Origin: Amoebidium appalachense
Taxonomy: Eukaryota > Protista > Ichthyosporea
Length of the DNA: 48,149 bases
Direction of reading: 5' to 3'
Assembly (NCBI GenBank): GCA_963693365.1
Contig: CAVNZM010000003.1
Location: forward strand, 12,628,603 to 12,676,751
The notes under the pieces were generated by a model. The model saw only the letters and a list, made by a program, of their open reading frames with translations, was not told the DNA's origin and did not search any database. Position 1 is the stretch's first letter. Each line of letters begins with the position of its first letter. Both the position numbers and the translations under genes were made by a program. This document shows, piece by piece, positions 27,903 to 38,219 of the stretch.

Positions 27903-28256
27903 AAAAACCGGAAGAACCACTAGACACTGCAGATGCGTTTTCAATGGCTTCATTGTAAAGGCAACTCTCAAGGATTATAGACGCACAAAGAAAATTAACT
28001 TCGGGGCGCCAGATCGGTGGGCTCTGGAGTTATTTGAGCGGCATCGCTATACGTAACAGAAGTTCCTGATCTACGGCTAATCGCAATCTAGAATTTGACC
28101 GAATCAATTTTTGTGGCTCACAGATTACGTAATCATCAGCACAGGACTCAATCGGACACTGAACACGAAATCGGGGTTTACACACTTTTTATTGCGTGGA
28201 CATTGCCAGAGGCCCAGCCACATTCGACGGCCTACTGCGTTTTCCAGCACAGCCAA

Positions 28257-28958
28257 TCAAATGCAGCCAGTGACATATGCACATGCTAGGCAACAATGAG
28301 CGCCATCGTAGTATCTGACACCCCTATTACATATTATGGGTAAGCAGATGCTAGATATCGGTAGCTCCGACAGAAAGTTAAGGCACCGGATCACAATATC
28401 ATACTGTGCAGCATTAATAAGGTGATCTAGGATAGTCATCTTAAAACGGATATATTGAGGAAGAGAGGAAGAAAAGAGAATAAAACATTAGCTAACAGGT
28501 TGCATTTATTGATAGATATGCAGCCGCGAGTAAACCGCCCCCCACACATATTACACATACGAGCAGGAGACACCAGAAACCGATTACACCGCCAAGCCAT
28601 AATCATCTTTGCGTTTTTACACCACACCACATTACGAATAAACGAATCTATGTATGAACGAGACTCTCTAACCGTATCCGCCATATAGGCTACTAGTAGT
28701 TGGTGTTTTTGTGGTCCTAACACCGGAAGGGACTCAACACGTAGAGTAAAAAGATATCTATCAGCCATAGACTTGAAACTATTCATATTCACACTATGAT
28801 CTAGCCGTACCTCCGGGGGGGTCGCCAGCCATTCCACATAGCGCTCGGCAATGGGCAGAGACGATGGGGAAGGGAAGAGGTAGAGGGGCGAATCCGGCGG
28901 GGATGCGTGTAGCCGGAAGAGCGGGTGGTCCGGGGCACAAGCGGACAGGCGGGTGATG
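28257..28958 (-). pseudogene. LINE ORF2 C-terminal segment
   Basis: After removing the TRIM and one TSD copy the RT frame continues FHEHITRLSACAPDHPL... into the 28436-28837 ORF (AWRCNRF...CNMCGGRFTRGC). A further shifted frame reads ILDHLIN. Confidence 0.75.
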
Positions 28959-29096
28959 TTTTAGATTTTGTCCTGGTGCAGAGACTAGCGATCTTGCTAG
29001 CCTTGAGATCACAACCTAACCACTGCCGATGGTTGTGATGACGCCAGTAAAGGCGTGCTGGCTTTTACCCCAGCGAGAAGAGGATGAGAAAAAGAT

Positions 29097-29168
29097 GATC
29101 CCGACGGGATTTGAACCCGCGACCCCTCTATCTCCGGTCGAGTGCTCTACCAACTGAGCTACGAGATC
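29097..29168 (-). ncRNA. tRNA-like cloverleaf (72 nt) in TRIM 3' LTR, followed by a T5 Pol III terminator
   Basis: GATCTCG TA GCTC-AGTTGGTA-GAGC A CTCGA-CCGGAGA-TAGAG GGGTC GCGGG-TTCAAAT-CCCGT CGGGATC, then ATCTTTTT. Intact A and B boxes; atypical C33; GGA at the anticodon position with a short variable arm. Confidence 0.85.
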
Positions 29169-29240
29169 GGTTAAGATCTCGCAGGCCACCAGCCGATCAT
29201 GATCTGATTCATGCGATCGGACTGGATAACGATACCATCT

Positions 29241-29317
29241 TCCAACATCCCCACTCAGGACGAATCGCAGAATCAGGTTCCAACATCCCCACTCAGGACG
29301 AATCGCAGAATCAGGTT
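29241..29317. repeat. 38-bp tandem duplication spanning the PPT/LTR junction of the TRIM
   Basis: TCCAACATCCCCACTCAGGACGAATCGCAGAATCAGGT starts at 29241 and again at 29279. Confidence 0.9.
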
Positions 29318-29504
29318 AGGGTGGACTGCCCCCTCAGTCCCCACTGAATCCCTGTTCATGCTACCATTTTAGATTTTGTCCTGGTGCAGAGACTAGCGAT
29401 CTTGCTAGCCTTGAGATCACAACCTAACCACTGCCGATGGTTGTGATGACGCCAGTAAAGGCGTGCTGGCTTTTACCCCAGCGAGAAGAGGATGAGAAAA
29501 AGAT

Positions 29505-29576
29505 GATCCCGACGGGATTTGAACCCGCGACCCCTCTATCTCCGGTCGAGTGCTCTACCAACTGAGCTACGTGATC
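29505..29576 (-). ncRNA. tRNA-like cloverleaf (72 nt) in TRIM 5' LTR
   Basis: Second copy, with one substitution in the 5' acceptor strand (GATCACG, position 29572). Confidence 0.85.
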
Positions 29577-29655
29577 GGTTAAGATCTCGCAGGCCACCAG
29601 CCGATCATGATCTGATTCATGCGATCGGACTGGATAACGATACCATCTTCCAACA

Positions 29656-31600
29656 TGATGTGCTCGTGAAATTTAAGGGCTAATTCGTGTACGCGTTGTG
29701 ATGGTGGTGTGAGTGCGTAGAGAGAATCAAAAAGGCGTCTAGGGATAGGTGTGGAAAGACCAGTGAGAAACATACAACAAGTTGTGTAATGGAAATCATC
29801 TAATGATTTGAGGACATTAGTAACAGTATCAGGGGGTGCCATAGCTAGTAAGGGCAACCCGCCGTATTCCGACAAAGGGCGAATATATGTGCGAAATATA
29901 CTAAGACGATTGTATAGGTGGACAGTATGAGAAAGAGTAGCAAGATACACATCCCGAAATAACCGAAGACACCTGCCTGCACTCTCCACCCGACGGTCGA
30001 TCATCCGTTTGAAACATATGCCCCATTCGTCCACCGGAATCCCCAAATACTTGTATTCGATTGGGCGAGGGAGGGGACTGCCGAAAATACAAACGTCGTC
30101 CCATGCCGGTATCGATTTTGATAAAAGGGCACACTTTTTGACATTAATCTGCATATCGTTGCGCTGGCACCAATGTTCAACCACACGAATGTATTGCCGT
30201 AGTTCGAGAGGATCGGATGACATAAGCACAATATCGTCGGCAAAAAAGAGGGCGGGGGGAGCCAGGGATGGCAACCCCCCGTCAATTTGTGCCGCAGAAA
30301 GAGTGTGACAGTCGGCTAAATCATCAATATACAGGTTGAAAAGAAGAGGACTTAGCAGGGACCCTTGAAGTACCCCGCGCGTGCGGGTAAACCCTGGGGA
30401 TAGCCGCCCATTAACCACCGCTCGTCCGCGTGTAAACGTAAACATAGCTTCCAGTAGCCGACCCATTTGGAATGGGACACCGCGAGTGGCCAACTTGGCC
30501 CACAGGCGAGGGAGGTCGACCGTGTCGTACGCGTTCTTAAAATCGATAAATACGAGGTGCTCGGTATCACTTTGAGTTGCATTATGTAGAGTGAGGATTT
30601 GTGCGTAACATGAGTGTCGATGCCGAAACGCCGCCTGAAGAGGGCTCAGCTGGGAAGCCTGCTTAAGGGTGGGGTTACGGGAAAAGGCCTGTAAAAGGCC
30701 ACTTTCGAATAATCGGCGAAAAACGGACGTAAGGGTGATAGGGCGAAATTCATGGATGGGACCCTGTGCAACCGTTTTCTTGATGGGAAACACTAAGGTG
30801 GCTAGCCACTCCGAGGGCACTTTACCGACATCAGAATACCAGCTAAACAACTCGCTAAGAATACATGTAAGTGGTGGCGGCGGGCCACGCTTTTCGTCTT
30901 TCTCGGGTCGGGGTGGGATGAGTACCTTAAGTAGTGCCATAGGGATGCCGTCCGGCCCGCACGCTTTGCGGGACGGGTAACGGGAGACTAACTGCCATAC
31001 CGCATCTGGGGTAAAAAGTTCCCCCAATTCAGCCCCAAACTCAGCCGGCCCCGCTGGCCACGCCGTGTGTGGTGGTGGTGGTGTGTCGGATGGTGGAACA
31101 AAAACAGGAGGGGGCGCCTGCCCCAGGTCCGTGGCCATACATGTCGCCGACGGGTTACGTTTAAACAGGGTGCCGTAAAAGGAATCGTTTGCAGATTCCG
31201 GGTCGGATGACGGGTCGGCCGTTATTCGAATCGAATGATCGCCGCGATCAATCTTCCGAATATTACCCAATAGCATGTGATACGGTAGAGGCTTACGTAA
31301 GGCAGCCTCCGCTCGAGGGCCGCGAGTGTGTGTAGTTCGTGCTTGTGGGTAAACTTGGGCACCTAAACAGGCATATTCACCTATGTCCCACAAGGTTTCT
31401 CGTACTGTAGACCAGACGCTATCGATGAAGGTCTGGTCGGTGCGTAGTGGGGTTTGGCGTCCATCACGCACAAGCGAAAATAGACTCGGTTGCACCGTCT
31501 GGAAAAAGAAGCGAGTGTCTGCTTGGCCGTGCTGGCTTTTAAGTTCGCGTACGTTAAGTCTGTAAGTGTGTTGTGGTGACGACGTAGAAAGGCTAAGTGT
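29656..31600 (-). pseudogene. LINE ORF2 reverse transcriptase segment
   Basis: KACGPDGI, FRPITLTSVFRRLFE, LQAAFR, FIDFKNAYD, GVLQGSLLSPLLFNLYIDDL, FFADDI, EYKYLGI. Confidence 0.95.
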
Positions 31601-33283
31601 CACAGCAAAAAAAAGTGCGAATCCGGCTCCCGATGATCCCCGATCACGAATTAAGTAAGCTATTCTGATTGGTAGACTGTAATGAGGTCTAAATATATTC
31701 CCGATTTCGTCCGGAATTCTTCCCGACTACGCCAATTTGACCCGGCCCGAATCAATGTGATGCCATGTGCGGCCTAACGGTCACACCAAACAAGAAAAAG
31801 ACTTGCAAGTATCGGTCGAGTGCAACCACTCGCGCGCATTTAGTAGCAAAGATTCCTAGACAGCAGCTGGTCGTCAAAGACAACCGTTGGCAAGGTTTGG
31901 TGTAAAGAAACAGGCGACTCTAAACTCGCTTGCACGCATTTGCTTTTGTCTTTTGTTTGGTGAGATTGCTGCGGCTCCATCTACAACTTGCATACACAGC
32001 AGTGGGCCGTGGCCCAAGACTGCGTAGAATAGTAGTTGGTGTTTTTAAGCATATTGTTTTCGGGCAGGCAGGAGTTTGAGTCTGGAAAAACGGAGCTATG
32101 CGCCACAGGCAAGGTGAGTTTTTTTTTTTAATAACCTCATCTTCAAGAACCCTCTGACTTACATACTAGGCTTTTTGTCTCGTGAGGTCACACGGCAAGA
32201 AGGATACAACCTAAAACTTGTAAGCGCTTCTGTGCTTGCCTTGGTCGAACTTGGGCGTCCACGTCCAGCCGTGCATACTTAGGCATCTGTATATCCTCGA
32301 GCCTTTGTTGCTCTGTTATTAGTTTAACAATTCTTCTTGCAATCTATCTATGCTGCATCAGTATTACAGAGAAGGCCACGTTGTGTAACTTGCCTCCTTT
32401 TTGACCTTATATAACACCGTACCCCTAGGTTCTAAAAGTCTCTTCCCCATCGCAGGTCCTTGAACCTGCTACTGTGACTTTGCCAAGTTCGGGTTTTGTG
32501 AGCGGCTCTAACAGGTAAGCCAAGGCATCACTGGCAGCATGGTAAAGTATAGGGGTAAGATGGATGTTGTGTAGTTGACTGTATCCGGTTCCACACCTAC
32601 TGGTACTCAAATTAAAGAGTCGAAACACAGCCCATTATCTGCGTTAGAATAATGGTTAACACACGTGCACATAGGTGTGCAGGTGAACGGTTTGCTAACC
32701 TAGCTATATACTTCTATGGCTCCCCACGACTACTTAGCTATAGCCTCTTCATGCTTGCAACCTGGTGTTGCTCATACTAGGGTTTTGTGTGCCAAACCCT
32801 TCTGTCTGCTTTTATATATATTGTGAGTGCTTTCTACCCAGCTGAATAGCCGTTGTTGGGCTGTTCCAGGCTCCAGGCATCACACCTTGCATCACACTGT
32901 GTGTGATGACGAAGAACATGACTTGACACCACACTGTGTGTGGTACGAGTAAAAAAGTAAAGGCGCGAGCTAGTCACGGTGTACTTCAGCTTTCTTGCAG
33001 TTGCCTTCTTTTGTACTTAACTTTGGGTTAAGTTCCAGTATCGAAAGGGCAGGAAGTAGGTAAGGGCAGGTCGGGAAGGAATCGGGGTGTCCCGGTCACG
33101 GGCGTGATCGGGATTTTTTTTGCGAATCAGGGTGTGATCGGTATCAAAAAATCGGGGTGTAATCAGGCTAATTTCATCCCGATCACGTCGCTAATTACGA
33201 ATCGGGTTTCCCGATTTTGCCCCGATTCTCATATGGTGATCAGGCCTTAATCGGGACACAGATTCGCATCTTTTTTCGCTGTG
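31601..33283. mobile_element. Non-autonomous CACTA/EnSpm (CMC)-like DNA transposon, 1683 bp
   Basis: Imperfect TIR: CACAGCAAAAAAAAGTGCGAATC...TCCCGAT on the left versus CACAGCGAAAAAAGATGCGAATC...TCCCGAT (reverse complement of right end). 3-bp TSD TGT (31598-31600, 33284-33286). Clusters of CCCGAT/ATCGGG subterminal motifs. Excision restores the host ORF2 frame. No transposase ORF. Confidence 0.88.
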
Positions 33284-33923
33284 TGTAGTGCGAAAGACTA
33301 TAGGTAGGTGGTCTGACGGTGGGGGGTGTAGGTTGTGGTGTATGTGTAACTTAAGGTGCAAGGACCAGAGGCTGCCCCCCAGTCCGTGCGGTGTTCTTGT
33401 ACTACAGATGGAAGAGTAAGGCGTAAGGCTGTAACAAAAGTGTGAAAGGTTGGCGTGGGTGGGTGGTTGGGTTTAAGTAGGGCCTGTGGGTGGCCGTGTA
33501 GGGGGTGTGGGGTGGTAATTAGCGGGCTATTAAAGTCTCCTAACACTAGTGTGGGGTTATGTGGGGCGATGGTGTTAAGTTCGTGTTTAAGTGCTAGCAG
33601 TGGAAGGCTAGGTGGAAAATAAACAAAAGTGCATATATGGCCACAAACTGAGATGGTGAGTGTGTGTATTGTACGTGCTATAACTGAACAGTGGTTAACA
33701 AAGTGGTAGGCGGCGATGAACACTATGCCGGAGTGAGGCTTGTGGCCCACAGGCTGAGTACTAACTCGCCCACGAGCCGTCCAGACCGACGGAGTGTGGC
33801 GTGGTCTCGCCACCACGTTTCTGCGACAACAATAAACGGGAACTCCTGTTGGGGTAACGAAAGAAGAAACTGTGCTTTACTCTTATTTAGACTACGAGCA
33901 TTCCAGAAAAGAAAGGAGAGCAT
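33284..33923 (-). pseudogene. LINE ORF2 apurinic-like endonuclease domain, two frameshifts
   Basis: FWNARSL and VVAETW in the first frame; VYFPP, LVLGDFN and RTDW in a second; SDHLPI in a third. Confidence 0.88.
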
Positions 33924-33925
33924 GC

Positions 33926-35050
33926 TTACTGGGAGTTGGCTGGTGCGGCGGTGGGGTCGTAGGGCTTGCTGAAGACCTGCACGTGTTGAGCCTCCCAGTA
34001 GGCACGCACCTCAGCTGCTGTTTTGGCCCGGCTGTCGTGTGCCGGGTAAAGTGTGGCTGCCTTGACAGCCCATGCGTGGGCGTTGGCCATTCTTGCAAGC
34101 ACCCGGCGTTGCCAAGAGGCCCGGGCAGCGGCCTCTGCATCAGCACGGTTAAGTGTGGTGTTGTAGGGAGCCGTAGGATCGAAGTCTGCGAGAAAGGTGG
34201 CGTCGGTAGCACGTTGGATGATGTTTATGAGGGTATCACGGTAGCCGGCACGCACAATGAACACTGTGTAGCGACGGCCAATGAAGAGCATGTCGGGAAT
34301 CATTCGGTTGAGGACACCGAGGGTGTAAAGACGGTCACGCATGGTGCTGATGTTGGCCGGCACCATGGTGAAGGCTGCAGTGGTCAACTCGGACTCGTCG
34401 GTACCCTGAGGGGCAGGGTCAGACGCCACCCGAGGGCGGCGGGTTGGGTGCAGTGCTGACGCTGCGGCAAGGGCTGCCAAAGCCTGGGTAGCCCCGTGGG
34501 TCTGGGCCACCGACTCGGCATACGTTTGGACTTTCTCGGACACGTACACGGTCTTGGCGTCCACCGTAGTGCGGTACACCTTAGGATTCGTGGTGGGTAT
34601 GAACTTGGGAGACCCCGGGGGGGTGGGTAACCCATCGGGGGCTGCCTGTGCTGCAGGGGCCGGGCCCGCGTGGGCAGGGCCGGTGGGGGTTGCCCGGTCA
34701 GCTTCCAGCTGCCGTAAGCGCGTCTCCATTTGCTGAACAAGGAGGTCTGTGTGGTCCTGTTTGGCTTTATACTCAGCTACTTGGGTTGTTAAGTCGGAGA
34801 CTTGGGTGCGGAGCTGCTCATGATGCGCCATAAGTTTGAGCACGGATTTCCTAGCCTTCTCGGGTATCAAGTGCAGTTGTTCTTTCGTAATAAAACTACT
34901 TGCTGGCGGCACGGCCGGTGGCGCTTTAACCTCGGGAAAGGGAACCTGTTCCGCTCGGCTCAGTTTAGTTAGCCTCTTATCTGGGGATTCTCCTTCCCGT
35001 GTATCACGTTTGCGGCTCCCAGGCGGTGTCCCAGGAGGGTCCGGGGACAA
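33926..35050 (-). CDS. LINE ORF1 protein (about 374 aa), probably with damaged start
   Basis: Long ORF immediately upstream of ORF2. Coiled-coil-like segment (HEQLRTQVSDL...METRLRQLE) and TYAESVA motif; no zinc knuckle seen; no in-frame ATG at the start (nearby ATG is in another frame). Confidence 0.7.
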   Translation of the reverse strand: MSPDPPGTPPGSRKRDTREGESPDKRLTKLSRAEQVPFPEVKAPPAVPPASSFITKEQLHLIPEKARKSVLKLMAHHEQLRTQVSDLTTQVAEYKAKQDHTDLLVQQMETRLRQLEADRATPTGPAHAGPAPAAQAAPDGLPTPPGSPKFIPTTNPKVYRTTVDAKTVYVSEKVQTYAESVAQTHGATQALAALAAASALHPTRRPRVASDPAPQGTDESELTTAAFTMVPANISTMRDRLYTLGVLNRMIPDMLFIGRRYTVFIVRAGYRDTLINIIQRATDATFLADFDPTAPYNTTLNRADAEAAARASWQRRVLARMANAHAWAVKAATLYPAHDSRAKTAAEVRAYWEAQHVQVFSKPYDPTAAPANSQ

Positions 35051-35148
35051 GGATGCTGTTGGAATACGTCACCATGTATGACAGCAAGAGCCTTGAAGTA
35101 TGTATGTGTCCTAGCTTGTTTGTATTCGTGTCTGCTTTCCCTCTTTGT

Positions 35149-35342
<194 letters not shown>

Positions 35343-36223
35343 TCTTTTTCCCCCCCCCCCCCCCCCCCCCCCGTATCTCTCTCTCCCAAGTTGTTTCTGT
35401 GGGCACAGATATCTGTAGATCTGTGCACACCTGGCTCTCTTGCCTGATAAGAACTTATTGTGTTTTTATTTCTATTTGCTCTCCTCTGTTTATCTGAGAG
35501 GTAGCGTGATTGGCTAGCCTCACTCGTTGTCTTTCCTTTATTTCAAAATGGCCTAGTTTTGTTCTCAAAAGGATGGCTCGCCAATAGTCGCGAGCGAGTA
35601 CATCTGTAGATTGTGTTGTGCATTCCTGTCTATTAATATATGTGTGTTGTGATTGGACAATAGATATATATGGAATTCGGTTTATTGCAAAGTGTCTTCA
35701 CTTTGAGAGTGTCGACTGTTAGGAAATATATGTATTTAAATAAGTTTCTTTATAGAGACGAACATAGATATATATGTGAGTTAATAGTGACTAGATGTAT
35801 AATTACTTAATTTATTTAAGTAAGAGTTTCTACACTTTAGTTTAATCGGAAGTTGGAATGCGTATGCTCTGTTGGAATGTGTTTTTCTATCTTCTGATAG
35901 AACCGATTGGTTCTCCCTCTTTAGTTGTGATAAGGTGATAAGTCGCAAGTACAAAAGGAACCGAGAGCACAATAAAGATTCAGTTGTTGTTTGAAATCTT
36001 TCAATGTCTCGTGAACAACTCCGATTGCCCTCTCATTAATGTGTTAGTCGTGTTTTACATGACACCTCTGTGCACTCTGCTCCCTTAGACCCGTACAAAA
36101 CAACAGGTTAAAGGCCCATTTTCGCACGCTCTCGCAACACATACTCTCGCTGCAATCAAAAATATTCAAATTTGAATACCGATCTGATTCCTCTCTCACG
36201 CATCATCTGACTGATTGATCACC

Positions 36224-36500
36224 ATGTCGGAGAAACCTGCGTATCTCAACCTCACCCCCTGGAAAGGGGATGACACCACGGACAAGAAGTCCGGCAAACG
36301 AACCCGTCATCTTCCGGTACCTATGTACCACCACCGCGGCCAAGTTAGTGCCCGTCATCAAGGCCCCCGAGTGGGTCGACCCTTCCGACGAGAATGAGTG
36401 GCACGGCTACGACACTGAGGAGGCCTACACCGAGGCTTCCAACCTCCTTGAACAGATGTTTACTCAACTCGTCTCCAATGACATCAGCAAACCCCACCCC
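36224..36500 (+). pseudogene. Frameshifted/truncated gene fragment of unknown function
   Basis: ACCATG start, MSEKPAYLNLTPWKGDDTTDKKSG, then in another frame EPVIFRYLCTTTAAKLVPVIKAPEWVDPSDENEWHGYDTEEAY. Both parts have C/G-ending codons; coding character stops at about 36500. Confidence 0.45.
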
Positions 36501-37481
36501 CCCGTTAAATTGTATCCTCGTACACATTTTGAACTCTTGAATGTCCAAAAATGTTCAAAAATTCGTACATTCAGTGAATCGTATATGGATACCTATTCGA
36601 ATGCCACCTGACACCACATGGTGTATGTGTGTACCTAGCCGAATACTACATGAATACATGCCCAAGTACCTTGTGAATGCACACTAGATAACGTATGAAT
36701 GCACTATAGATACCGTATTCATACCACTTGGACACCGTGTTCTGAGTATACACGTACATACGCGTACATGACCAGACATTCAGTTGGAATACATATTTGT
36801 GTATATGGGGTACATGTGGAGTGCTTTATAAATACCCGTTCAGTGACACTGGAACGTCCACGAATACACTATGTGAATGTTTCGAAAATACTCCACAAAC
36901 ACGATCTGAGTACGACATATGTGTTCATGAATAGTAACTGCGAACGTTATTCGGTGCACACATATGTACTCAAATAGCATCTCACGAATGCCTAAGGGTA
37001 CCATAAAATACCTTATTTGAACACAAACGGATGCCATAAAGGCGTTCGTAGAACAGCATGTTTAGTGCAAATGAATACGTTTTTGGACACTAACAACATA
37101 TTCAGGCAGTATTTTTCGACCATACTCGTAATACATTTATATACACGAATTTGACATTCGTGTATGTTCATGGGGCATTGTAAGAACAATATAGAGATGT
37201 TCACATTGTGTGTTTATTGGTATTCATAAATTGTTCGTGGGCGCCCACATTTATTCACACAATACATTCGAGAATACCCTACTATTACGACATGAGTAAC
37301 TTTTGAATGTACATGCCCAGCATTCACATTCATTGAACACTAATATGTACCGACTCACTCTGTCGACGTCCCCCCCCCCCCCTCCCCCTCCCCCCTCCCT
37401 CCCTCCCCCCCCCCCCCCCCCTTCCCCCCCCATATCCCCCTTCCGTTCCCCCTACCCACCCCCTATTACTTATATACCCAT

Positions 37482-37730
37482 GCATTGTTCAGAATCTGAA
37501 GTCAGAAGATTTTCTTTATTGTGTTGGCTGACACCAAAACACCAAGAAAAATCTAAGTCACCATGGTTTCGTACTTTCTATTTTCTAAAATAAAATAAAG
37601 ACACACATACACAAAGACAAAGACACACACACACATGTATTGTTCAGAATCTAAAGTAACAACATTTTCATTATTATTTTGGCTGACACCAAAAGCACCA
37701 AGTAAAAATCACAATAAAAAATAGTTTCGT
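37482..37730 (+). repeat. Diverged local duplication downstream of the six-exon gene
   Basis: ATTGTTCAGAATCT...TTGGCTGACACCAAAA...CACCAAG occurs at about 37483 and about 37639. Confidence 0.7.
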
Positions 37731-37764
37731 ATTAATAATTTCTACTTGTGCCTATCACTAGAGT

Positions 37765-38140
37765 TCACACTTCCTCCTGCCCAGGCAGGGCGTCGGCGTG
37801 TGCAGGGTCATCCACTCTCTTGTCGCCGTTCTGGTCGCCGGCCTCTTGCGCCTTCTTCTCCTTCTCCTCAGCCGCGGCCCTTTTGGCATCAGCTATAGCT
37901 GCCGCCTTTGCTGCTTCTTGCTTGGCCTTGAAGTACATCTTGAAATTCCTCTTGTACTGTGGGGAAACATATGGTGAGCAAATGGAACACAATAAAACAG
38001 CTATTACTATCTAATCTACATACTCTACATTACCTCGCAGTTGGCGCTGGAAAAAGAATAATGTGTTCGGGTTCGAATTGTGCTTCCGTTTGGGTGTGTA
38101 ATTGCAGTTTTGGGGGGGGGGGGGGGGGGGAGAGGGAGGG

Positions 38141-38219
<79 letters not shown>

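Larger units (their letters stand above)
28959..29655 (-). mobile_element. TRIM (miniature non-coding LTR element) with tRNA-like LTRs, Helenus-like, 697 bp
   Basis: 289-bp LTRs at 28959-29247 and 29367-29655 (one difference seen), 119-bp interior. Minus-strand PBS TGGTAGCATGAACAGG abuts the 5' LTR, PPT GAGTGGGGA abuts the 3' LTR. 5-bp TSD TGATG (28954-28958, 29656-29660). Confidence 0.92.
28257..35148 (-). mobile_element. Decayed non-LTR retrotransposon (LINE: ORF1 plus APE-RT ORF2) with two nested insertions; ends approximate
   Basis: ORF1 stop lies 2 nt before the ORF2 ATG. APE motifs, RT motifs and a C-terminal WR...CxxC region are collinear. 5' end abuts a (CT)n tract. No TSD or tail identified. 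Confidence 0.88.

Noticed and set aside
29097-29168. Functional tRNA-Ser(GGA) genes
   Set aside because: C at position 33, short variable arm, anticodon-stem mismatch and location inside LTRs; treated as tRNA-like element sequence.
29241-29317. CRISPR-like repeat
   Set aside because: Only two adjacent copies with no spacer, eukaryotic context, no cas genes.
29579-29655. C-terminus MLEDGIVIQSDRMNQIMIGWWPARS of the 674-aa RT ORF
   Set aside because: Read-through into the inserted TRIM LTR; the real continuation is at 28953 and below.
38034-38046. 13-nt micro-exon (CAG/CGCCAACTGCGAG/GTAATG) in the six-exon gene
   Set aside because: Would shift the frame; exon 5 joins the last exon in phase without it. 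Could only be revived by RNA-seq.
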